Shown: piece by piece, positions 45,301 to 53,254 of the stretch
Layout of the letters: every line of letters starts with the position of its first letter
How positions within the stretch are numbered: the first letter of the stretch is position 1
Origin: an uncultured Acidimicrobiales bacterium
Lineage (GTDB): Bacteria > Actinomycetota > Acidimicrobiia > Acidimicrobiales > SZUA-35
Assembly (NCBI GenBank): GCA_963700755.1
Contig: CAVOYW010000002.1
Span: 46,968-110,967, forward strand
Direction of reading: 5' to 3'
Length of the DNA: 64,000 bases
Made by a program: the position numbers and the translations under genes
Notes under the pieces: model-generated
Told to the model about the DNA's origin: nothing
The model's input: only the letters and a program-made list of their open reading frames with translations
Databases searched by the model: none

Positions 45301-47616
45301 AGCGGCTCCGGCGGAGCCTCGTCGGGGTCGGGGTGTTGGCGATCATGGCCCTGCTGGCCGGCGGATTCGCCTTCCAGCAGTGGGGCAGCGCGGGCGCTCG
45401 GGCCGACGAGGCGGCCGAGGCCCGTGCCGCGGCCGAGACCAGGCGTCTGATCTCCGATGCCGGACAGTTGGCGCCCACCAATCGGCGCGTGGCGCTGCTG
45501 CTCGCTGCCGAGGGGTACCGGCGTGACCCCGGCCCAGCCGCCCTCGGTGGGCTGCAAGCGGTGCTCACCGACTCGACCGAGTTCCTCGGATTCCTGGCCG
45601 GCGACATCTCGTTCAACGACATCGCCTGGACCGGCAACGGCGATCTCGTCGGCACCCACTCGACCGGGGTGACATTGCTGTCGCCCGAAGGGGAACGGCT
45701 CCTCGAGATCCCGTTCTCGGGCGCACGGTTGCTGGCGGTGAGCAGCGACGACACCCTCGTCGCCGTGTCCGGACGCGACTCGACGGTGCGGGTCTTCGAC
45801 CTCCGCACCGGCGAACCGGCAACGGAGCCGCTGGTGCACGGTGCGGCGGTCACCAGCATGGCGTTCAGCGACACCGGAGGCCGGTTCGCCACCGGGGACT
45901 GGGCCGGCGACGTGCGGGTCTTCGACGACCGTTTCGAGCTGGTCCAGCAGATCGCCGCCCATCACGACGCCGGGCTCGAGCTGGATCCCGACAATCTACC
46001 GGAGGGGGTCGAACCACCGTTGGCCCACGACCCGCGGAGCTTCAATCTCGGTGTCGTCGATGTCGCGCTCGACATCGGATGGGCGCACGGTGGCGTCGGT
46101 CGGCGGTCAGGTCGTTCGCGCCTGGGATGTCGAGACGCTCGATCTGCTCGTCGATCGGCCACTGAGCCGGCTCACGGCTGATGGCGGGGAGGTCGCCATC
46201 GCTCCGACCGCGGTCGGATTCCTCGATGTCGATGGACGCGAGGTGATCGGCGCCGCCTCGTTGGCCTCGGTCCAGTTGGTGTCGCCCGATTCCGGCGAGC
46301 CGATCGATCGCTGGCCATTCGCCGGTGGGACACCAGGATTCCTTCGTGTCGAGACCACGACCAGCGTGGCCTTCGGTTCGGACATGGTGGCAACGCTGAG
46401 CGCCGATGGGCGAGTGCGGACCGCAGCGCCGGAACCCGATGACGCGACGATCTTCGACAGTCAGCTGACCGGTGAGCTGTCGCTCGACCTCGACGAGGAA
46501 CGAGGAAGGATCGTGGTGGCGGGGCCGGAGGGGGCCATGCGGTTGTCGCTCAACGGCGCCGGACTGATCTCGCGTTCGGTGCCCACAGGAGGGCTCTACG
46601 AGTTCTTCGTCTCCAACGACGGCCAGACCGTCCTCGGCTCCACGGTCGACGAACTCCCCTCGACGATGTGGCGGCTGGTCGGCGACGAGTACCGGGTCGC
46701 GCCGATCAGCGGTCCGACCGTGCACTTCGCCTTCACCGGGATGCCTGGCGGTCTGGGGATCGATCTCTCGACACTCATGATGCAGGAACGGGATCCGGTC
46801 ACCTTCGAGCCGTTCGGACCGGTCTACGGTCCCCACCGGACGTCGGAGGTCCTGACCTCGCCCGATGGGCGGTGGCTGGCGCTCTCGGTCGACCCTCCGG
46901 GTGACGTCGTCGGAGCACGGGTGTACGAGCGTTCGACCGGCGAGGTCGCCGCCGATCTGGACGAGGTCCTCGTCGACCCGAAGGACGCCATCCGGTCTCT
47001 CGGGTTCAGCCCCGACAGCAACCGAATGGTGGTCACGTCCATGGCAGGGGCAGCCCGGGTTTATGACACGGCGACGTGGAAGCCACTGGAACCCATGCTC
47101 AGCGGGGGAGGAGGAGCGGTGGTCGGAGCGGCCTTCACCCCCGACGGGAAGCACCTGGTGACCGCATCGATCGACGGGACCATCACCGTGCGAGACCCCG
47201 CAACGTTCCAACCCGACGGTCTGGCGATGCTCGGAAACACCGGTGCGGTCGAGGGGCAGGCCGTCGGGTCCCTTTTCAGTCCGGACGGCCACTGGATGGT
47301 GACGACCATGGACGGCGAGGCCAGGCTCTGGGACCTCGCCCAGCGTGTCGTGGTCGGAAGGCCGTTTCCGCACAACGGTGAGGCCAACCCCATGGCATCG
47401 GCCAACGCCCGCTACGTCCTGACCCACCTGGATGGGCGGACGGTCGTGTGGGAACTCGATCTCGATCGATGGCCGGAGATCGCCTGCCGGGCCGCCGGCC
47501 GGAACCTGACGATCGCCGAATGGGAGCAGTACGGCCCGGCCGGCGAGCCCTACATCGCGACGTGCCCGCAGTGGCCGTCACCGGACCAGATCGACGACAA
47601 CGGAGGTGCATCATGA
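42313..47616 (+). pseudogene. Giant SARP(BTAD)-Ser/Thr kinase-nSTAND-type P-loop NTPase-TM-WD40/beta-propeller protein, interrupted by two 1-nt frameshifts (about 43209 and about 46072)
   Basis: The N-terminus MEVRVLGPLEV...BTAD (LALYRCGRQIEALRHFQ) is SARP-type. The kinase starts at GEGSFGTIHRA...VAIKV in frame 1 and continues as FVRRFETEAQL...HRDVKPANIL...DFGIA in the frame of ORF 43269. The NTPase segment is NPYKGLRAFQEADSQDFHGRD...VVGASGSGKSS. The TM helix is LVGVGVLAIMALLAGGFAF. The WD-like blades continue after 46072 in the frame of ORF 45841 (SDGRTVASVGGQVVRAWDV). Confidence 0.85.
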
Positions 47617-48266
47617 CCGAGGAACAACACATCGAGGTGCAGGTCACTCGGCGGGCGGCGTTGAAACGCCTCGTGTTCGGCAGCGGCCTCGTGGTCGCCG
47701 GTGCCGTGGCCGGCGGGACCGCCGCTGCGGCCAGCACCGGGGGCGGAGGCTGGAAGCGTCAGAGCATCACGTTCGACGTGGCCTGTCTGGGTGAGACCTG
47801 GCGGGACTCCCCGGCCAACTGGGCCGCCGACGAAAGTGACTTCAGGGGGATTCCGTTCGCCGTCGAGGGCTGGATCTACCCCGAGAACCACATCCCGACG
47901 CCGGGCGATGGGTTCATCCCCACCCAGGACGGTTCGATCGGTCGCTGGCTGTGCCGGGGCAGCGTGCTCGTGCACGCCGAGCGACTCGAACCGCATGTGC
48001 AGACGACCCAGGAGTTCATCTTCGGGACCATGCTCGGTGACGATCTCTTCCCCGACGACACCATCACGACCGCCGGGAACGAAGGCACGTTCGAGACCCA
48101 TCAACTGGCCCGCCGGTCGGTCACCGGCGGAACGGGCATCTACATGGGGGCGACGGGTGAGGAGTTCCAGGACTGGAACGGGTTCAACACGTCGCTCAAC
48201 ACCGACGGAACCGGCAATGCCGCGAACTTCCGGATGCGGTTCGACCTGCTCTTGCCGGATCTGTGA
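47613..48266 (+). CDS. Tat-signal secreted hypothetical protein (217 aa)
   Basis: ATG at 47613 overlaps the upstream stop as ATGA and follows GGAGG. The twin-arginine leader is VTRRAALKRLVFGSGLVVAGAVAGGTAAAAS. The mature part has a GGTGIYMGATGE motif reminiscent of dirigent/allene-oxide-cyclase-like barrels, a resemblance I recall from memory. Confidence 0.75.
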   Translation: MTEEQHIEVQVTRRAALKRLVFGSGLVVAGAVAGGTAAAASTGGGGWKRQSITFDVACLGETWRDSPANWAADESDFRGIPFAVEGWIYPENHIPTPGDGFIPTQDGSIGRWLCRGSVLVHAERLEPHVQTTQEFIFGTMLGDDLFPDDTITTAGNEGTFETHQLARRSVTGGTGIYMGATGEEFQDWNGFNTSLNTDGTGNAANFRMRFDLLLPDL

Positions 48267-49849
48267 TGACCGGCGTGGCCGCACCCCCGCTCGACGCTCG
48301 ACCGCAGTTGCGGCTCGGTCGGTCGTCGTATCCGGTGGTGTTGCCGCGCCTGACCGACACCCGGCTCCACGTGGCGTCGGTCATCGTGTCGCTCCACGTC
48401 CTGGGCCAGCTCGTGCTGGGATTCCGGGTCTCGGTACCCCAGATCCTGGCCGCGATCTTGAGCTGCGCCCTGGCCGAGATGATCATCGCGTTCCGTCGGG
48501 AGCGAAGCATCGTGTGGCCGGCCAGCGCCATGCTGACCGGCAGCGGTGTCGGTCTGATCCTGCGTGACGCGTCGACCGAGGCCGGCGAGCACTGGACGTT
48601 TCGCCATTGGTGGCTGTTCGCCGGGATCGCCCTGTTCTCGCTGGCCACCAAGTACGCCATTCGCTGGCGCGGGTCCCACGTCTTCAACCCGTCGAACCTC
48701 GGCCTGGTCGTCGCCTTCATCGTCCTGGGGAGCGACCGGATCGAACCCCTCGACTTCTGGTGGGGACCGTTCAGCGTCTGGATGTTGCTGGCCTACTGGC
48801 TGATCGTTTCCGGCGGTGTTCTCGTGACCGAACGCCTCGGCCTGCTCGAGCTGGCCGGCGCCTTCTGGACCACGTTTGCACTCTGCATGGCAGCACTGTC
48901 GGCGTCGGGGCACTGCATCACGGCTCCGTGGTCGGCCTCGGCGGTGTGCGGCGGCCGATTCTGGTGGACCATCGTGACGTCACCCGAGCTCCTGGTCTTC
49001 GTGTTCTTCATGATCACCGACCCGCGCACCGTGCCGTCGAGTCGGGTCGGACGTGTCGCCTTCGGCATCGGCGTCGCCGTGGTCAGTTCGCTCCTGATCG
49101 CACCGCAGACCACCGAGTTCGGGGCCAAGGTGGGTCTCCTCGGAGGGCTGGTCGTGATGTGCGCCATCCCCCCGGTCATGCAGGTACTCGGCGTGCCGTC
49201 GGCCTGGGAACGGTCACGGCTGCGCACCGCCGGCGACCGGCACCTCATCGTCCGATCGTTCGCCGGAGTTGTCGTGCTCGGTCTCGTCCTGCCCGCCGTC
49301 GCCGCGGCCGGGGCCCCGGCCCGGTCGGCCGTCTCGGCCGCGGTGATCGAACCGCGGCCCGATCCCCGTGAGTACGTCTTCGATGTCGACGAAGCCCGCC
49401 TCGGCGTCATCACCGTCGATCCCGAGGTCGAGGTCCTCGACCCCGACCTGGTCGGACCCGGATCCCGGCTCGCTGCCATCGAACTGCTCCGCGGCCTCGA
49501 TGTCGAAGTCCTCGCCTTCGAACGTGGCGACGCCACCGTGTTGAGTGCCGTCGACCACGGCGGTCGACTCGTCGAGATGCGAGATCGATTGGCCCGGTAC
49601 CAGCCGGGTGACACGATCCCGAGCGACCACCGTTTCGACACCATGGAGCTCTCCGTCGTTCGGAGCCGAGGGCAGGGTGGGCTCCGGCTCGCCATCACCG
49701 GACGGGGTAGCATCGAGGAACGGGTTCTCGACGAGAGCGGTGGCATCCTCGCTCGGCATCGGGCCGGGTTCTCCGCCCAATTCGTCCTGAGGGCGGGCGA
49801 CGATGGACGATGGTTCATCGTCGAAGAACGCGCACAGGAAGATGGATGA
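48263..49849 (+). CDS. Polytopic membrane protein (RnfD/NqrB-like or UnbU-like core) with a soluble C-terminal domain
   Basis: The start overlaps the upstream stop (GTGATG). There are about 8 TM helices, with HVFNPSNLGL and FFMITDPRTVP motifs that resemble the RnfD/NqrB family (from memory). The C-terminal 170 aa are soluble. Confidence 0.8.
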   Translation: MMTGVAAPPLDARPQLRLGRSSYPVVLPRLTDTRLHVASVIVSLHVLGQLVLGFRVSVPQILAAILSCALAEMIIAFRRERSIVWPASAMLTGSGVGLILRDASTEAGEHWTFRHWWLFAGIALFSLATKYAIRWRGSHVFNPSNLGLVVAFIVLGSDRIEPLDFWWGPFSVWMLLAYWLIVSGGVLVTERLGLLELAGAFWTTFALCMAALSASGHCITAPWSASAVCGGRFWWTIVTSPELLVFVFFMITDPRTVPSSRVGRVAFGIGVAVVSSLLIAPQTTEFGAKVGLLGGLVVMCAIPPVMQVLGVPSAWERSRLRTAGDRHLIVRSFAGVVVLGLVLPAVAAAGAPARSAVSAAVIEPRPDPREYVFDVDEARLGVITVDPEVEVLDPDLVGPGSRLAAIELLRGLDVEVLAFERGDATVLSAVDHGGRLVEMRDRLARYQPGDTIPSDHRFDTMELSVVRSRGQGGLRLAITGRGSIEERVLDESGGILARHRAGFSAQFVLRAGDDGRWFIVEERAQEDG

Positions 49850-49853
49850 TCCG

Positions 49854-50906
49854 ATGAAGGAGGGTGGCGCCGTGGAATCCAGGACGAACGACGAACTCGT
49901 CGATGGGCGTGGCTCGCCCCGGCCTCGGCAACCAGCACCGACTACGCCGGCGCCGATGCCGATCGCCCGGCCGGCCGTCGTGGTTCGTTCGCCCGGCCGG
50001 ACACCGCTCCATCTCATGGTGACCGAACCGATCGAGATCGGACGCGAATGCGCCGGACTCCTCCTGGATGACCCGTTGATCTCTCGTCGCCACCTCGAGG
50101 TCCGCGCCGACGGAGACCGGGTCGTCGTGACCGATCTCGGGAGCACCAACGGCACCACGATCAGCGGCCGTCCGCTGACGGGGTCCAGTGTGATCGGGGT
50201 GGCCGACACCGTGAACTTCGGCGATTCGACCATCCACCTCGTCGTCGACGTCAAGGCCACCATGGCACCGGGACTGGTGAAGCCATCGTCGTCGGTGCCG
50301 GTGGACCTGCGGCGGACCTCGATCGACATCGTGGCCGAGGCCTACTCCGTCGATCGGCCCGCCGTCGACGAGGTGCCGGTCTCGCACGGAACGACCACCA
50401 TCGTGTTCAGCGACATCGAATCGTCGACAGCACGAGCCGAGGAGCTCGGGGACCAACGCTGGTTCGAGCTGCTGTCCACCCACAACGACGTGGTGCGTCG
50501 CCGGGTCGAATCCTTCCACGGCAAGGAGATCAAGGCCCAGGGCGACGGGTTCATGTTGTCGTTCCCGTCGGCCCGCGGTGCCGTGCAGTGCATGCTCGCC
50601 GTGCAACAGGACCTCGACGAACACAACCGTCGTCACCCCGATCGCCCCATCCGGGTCCGGGTCGGGATCCACACCGGCGAGGCCATCGTCGACGGCGACG
50701 GTGACCTGTTCGGAAAGCACGTGATCCTGGCGGCCCGGATCGCCAACGAGGCCGTCGGCGGTGAGATCCTCGTGTCGTCGCTGGTGCGCCAGATCATCGA
50801 AGCCCACGGCGACATGGAATTCGGTGAGGGCCGGGTCACTCAGCTGAAGGGGCTCGCCGGGACCTACACCGTGTTCCCGATCCTCCGCCGCTCGACCGAA
50901 AGCTGA
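49854..50906 (+). CDS. FHA domain-containing class III adenylate/guanylate cyclase
   Basis: The FHA segment is IEIGRECAGLLLDDPLISRRHLEV...VTDLGSTNGTTISG. The cyclase segment is TIVFSDIESSTARAE...KAQGDGFMLSF...VRVGIHTGEAI...FGKHVILAARI. The start is ambiguous: ATG at 49803, 49842 or 49854. Confidence 0.85.
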   Translation: MKEGGAVESRTNDELVDGRGSPRPRQPAPTTPAPMPIARPAVVVRSPGRTPLHLMVTEPIEIGRECAGLLLDDPLISRRHLEVRADGDRVVVTDLGSTNGTTISGRPLTGSSVIGVADTVNFGDSTIHLVVDVKATMAPGLVKPSSSVPVDLRRTSIDIVAEAYSVDRPAVDEVPVSHGTTTIVFSDIESSTARAEELGDQRWFELLSTHNDVVRRRVESFHGKEIKAQGDGFMLSFPSARGAVQCMLAVQQDLDEHNRRHPDRPIRVRVGIHTGEAIVDGDGDLFGKHVILAARIANEAVGGEILVSSLVRQIIEAHGDMEFGEGRVTQLKGLAGTYTVFPILRRSTES

Positions 50907-50936
50907 CCGGTTCCGGCGATCCCGACAGCCCGCCGA

Positions 50937-51977
50937 TCAGGAGCCGGTCGTCGCCGGAAGCTCGACCCGCGGATCGACCACGACCACGTGCCATTCCCGC
51001 AGGGAGATCGGACCCCAGCGCAGGATCTTCCGGCCGCCGATGCGCACGACCCAGCGCAGTTGCGTCTTCGCCCCGCTGAAGCTCGGTGCTGCGTCGATCG
51101 GGACCTCGAAGGTGGCGACACCCGAGTCGTCGAAGCGCAGCTGGTGCTGGTACGCCTCGAAGGTCTCGAATTGGCCGGCGGTCACCCGCCCACCGCGCGC
51201 CTCGAACGACCTGCGGTTCGCGCCCGTCACCAGCCCGCCCGCAGAAGGGATCCCCGACGTGTAGATTCCCATGTAGCTCTCGACCCCCAAAAAGACGACG
51301 GGCCGCAGTCGACCGCCCACGTGTCGAACGGTGACCCGATCGCCCGGGCGGACCACGGTCGGCTCGACGACGAGATCCGGCGATCGCGGTGTTCGGGGCC
51401 ACACCGTGCGGAGCGCCAGGAAAGCGGCCGCGAGCGGAACGATCGAGACCACGAGGGCTCCGATCGGAAGCGCAGTCGGAGGCGGGTTCTCCACGTCGGC
51501 CATCAGGGCGTAGAGGCCGAAGGCGGCGAACATGGCGAAGAACGACAGTCCCATGAAGATCGAGAGGACGTGCTCGCCGATGAGGCTTCGAAGCCTCGGG
51601 GGGCGTCCTCCGGCCGTCGCCAGGATCTCGGGGCTCGGGCCCGGCGGATGCGAATTGTCGATCTCGATCGGGGCGGACTGTTCGCCGACGAGCGCGGCGG
51701 CCTTGCCTCTGGTCACCACGACCCAGGTGATGCCGACCCGCTTGGCCTTCTGCGTCGGCAGGGCATCGTCGGGCACCTGGATCTGGAATCGACCGGTGGC
51801 CGAGTCGGACGTCGTGCGTCCGTACGGAACGCCTGTGACCGGGAGCGTGACCGTGCCGTTGGATTCGCGGCGTTCCAGCCAGACATCCACCGAGCGCGGG
51901 TCGCCGTCGTCGTCGACGATCGATCCGTTGACGAAATCGCCGGCCCGTACATGCGTCGTATCGAGTTCGATGGCCAT
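50937..51977 (-). CDS. Hypothetical membrane protein (two central TM helices between two beta-rich halves)
   Basis: ATG at 51977 follows GGAGGG. The TM helices are VLSIFMGLSFFAMFAAFGLYAL and IGALVVSIVPLAAAFLAL. I recognise no family. Confidence 0.7.
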   Translation of the reverse strand: MAIELDTTHVRAGDFVNGSIVDDDGDPRSVDVWLERRESNGTVTLPVTGVPYGRTTSDSATGRFQIQVPDDALPTQKAKRVGITWVVVTRGKAAALVGEQSAPIEIDNSHPPGPSPEILATAGGRPPRLRSLIGEHVLSIFMGLSFFAMFAAFGLYALMADVENPPPTALPIGALVVSIVPLAAAFLALRTVWPRTPRSPDLVVEPTVVRPGDRVTVRHVGGRLRPVVFLGVESYMGIYTSGIPSAGGLVTGANRRSFEARGGRVTAGQFETFEAYQHQLRFDDSGVATFEVPIDAAPSFSGAKTQLRWVVRIGGRKILRWGPISLREWHVVVVDPRVELPATTGS

Positions 51978-52041
51978 CGGTTCCCTCCAAGGCTCGACGA
52001 ACCGTAGCCGCGGTGACCCGACGCGAGCTTGGGCGAGCGGG

Positions 52042-53040
52042 TCAGAGCGGACGAAGGTGATCGGGGACGTCGATCCCGAGCTCGGTCGCCAGCCCCATGC
52101 CGGGCTCGTTGACCCGGACACCGATGGCATCGAGGAGCCGGTTCATCATCTCGAAGTTGCCGGCACAACCGGCGGCGCGAACGACCCCGTCGTCTCCGGT
52201 CACTCGCCGCAGGGCCTCACGAGCGCCCGGCATCTCATCCGCGTCTCGGAGAACGGCTGCGTCGGCGAAGGCCAGCAGCTCGCGTCCGCCGGCCAGGAGG
52301 GGATCGGCGAAGGGATCGATGATCGCCCGGAGATCGACCGGCCGATCGGTTCGTTTGCCGCTCACACGGAGCATGCCGGCATGGGCCAGCAGTCAATAGA
52401 AGCACTCGTTGAGCCGCGACGTCCGCGCCGCAACGAGTTCCATCTGCGTTCGGTGCAGACCCCGGTCGATGTCCATGTCGACCATCTGTTGCATCGACAG
52501 GTAGAGCGTGGTGTGGACGTCGTGCATGGCCTCGTGCTCGGAGGGCACGAGCGAGAGTGCGGACGGAGGCCAGGCCACGCCGACGGTCGGTACCCATCCG
52601 CCATCGATGGCGGCATCGGCTGCGATGGCGCCGGTCGGCGGTTCGGTGCTGCCCGCGGGGACCTCCACCGGTGGAACGCCGAGCGCGAAACAGAACGTGT
52701 CGACGGCGGTCAATCGGGCCACGATCCCCAGGACCTCGACATAGGCCGCAGCGTCGATGCCTGCGGCGTCGAGTTCGGTCAGCCATTCGGGTCGAATCGT
52801 GTGCGACGCGACGGTGAGGCGCCACACGAGCTCACCCGGGGGATCCTCTGGTGGGTCAGCGGGACGGCCAAGGGCGAACTCTCGGCTCAACGTCGCCACC
52901 TCGCCGCGCTGGAGCCCGGTGAGCGACGGACCCGGCGCAGCGATCGTGGCCGCGGTCCGCTCCAGCAAGGCCGCTTCCGGACCGGGGATCGACGGTTGCA
53001 TCACCGAACCATAGGCCGATGCCCCGGTCCTCCGCCGCAC
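52042..53040 (-). CDS. AhpD/carboxymuconolactone-decarboxylase (CMD)-like protein with in-frame TGA (plus-strand 52393-52395) giving a C-F-Y-U motif; candidate selenoprotein
   Basis: ORFs 52393..53040 and 52042..52374 share one frame. The junction reads ELVAARTSRLNECFY-TGA-LLAHAGM, which matches the CMD signature E-x(7-9)-N-x-C-x-x-C-x(3)-H with the second Cys replaced. The start is 53040 or ATG 53001. Confidence 0.65.
52357..52380 (-). promoter_or_regulatory. Possible SECIS stem-loop for the UGA at 52395 (weaker than the other two)
   Basis: The minus-strand RNA is GCC-GGCAU-GCUC / CGUGU / GAGC-GGC, with loop G and U at +29 and +30. An alternative hairpin, GCUGG/CCCAUG/CCGGC, lies at +6 to +21. 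Confidence 0.3.
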
Positions 53041-53062
53041 GCGCTCGATCCCCAGGCGATTT

Positions 53063-53100
53063 CGAGAGCCTGAGCGTCGATTCTGTCGCTCAGACTCTCG
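53063..53100. terminator. Long imperfect hairpin, a sibling of the one at 37966..38001
   Basis: The arms are CGAGAG-C-CTGAGCG ... CGCTCAG-A-CTCTCG, with 14-nt arms, one mismatch and a central GATTCT-type loop. It lies downstream (minus sense) of the gene ending at 53255 and upstream of the CMD-like gene. Confidence 0.5.
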
Positions 53101-53105
53101 AAATC

Positions 53106-53254
53106 GGCGGGGTGGGTGGGGTGGGTGGGGCGGTGGGGTGGGTGGGGCGCAGCGGGGCGGTGGGGTGGGTGGGGCGGGTGGGGTGGGTGGGGCGCAGCGG
53201 GGCGGTGGGGTGGGTGGGGCGCAGTGGATCGGTGGGGTGGGTCGCGGATCGGGG
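53106..53254. repeat. G-rich (plus strand) or C-rich (minus strand) tandem array built from GGTGGGGTGGGTGGGGCG-type units with a higher-order repeat of about 45 bp
   Basis: Read directly from the sequence. It contains more than 20 runs of GGG/GGGG separated by 1-3 nt. It starts immediately after the stop codon (53255-53257) of the minus-strand amidohydrolase. Confidence 0.9.

Noticed and set aside
43872-45965. A 697-aa minus-strand ORF (and, similarly, 61122..62456, 15976..17274 and 20018..21805)
   Set aside because: All lie antisense to genes with strong family signatures (STAND NTPase, aminotransferase, Hsp70, D-aminoacylase). Their compositions are typical of GC-bias artefacts.
34970-52395. 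Global reassignment of TGA (genetic code 4 or 25) as the explanation for the three in-frame TGAs
   Set aside because: TGA terminates many well-defined genes in this window at positions matching normal family C-termini. Only three TGAs are internal, and all three lie at Cys columns.
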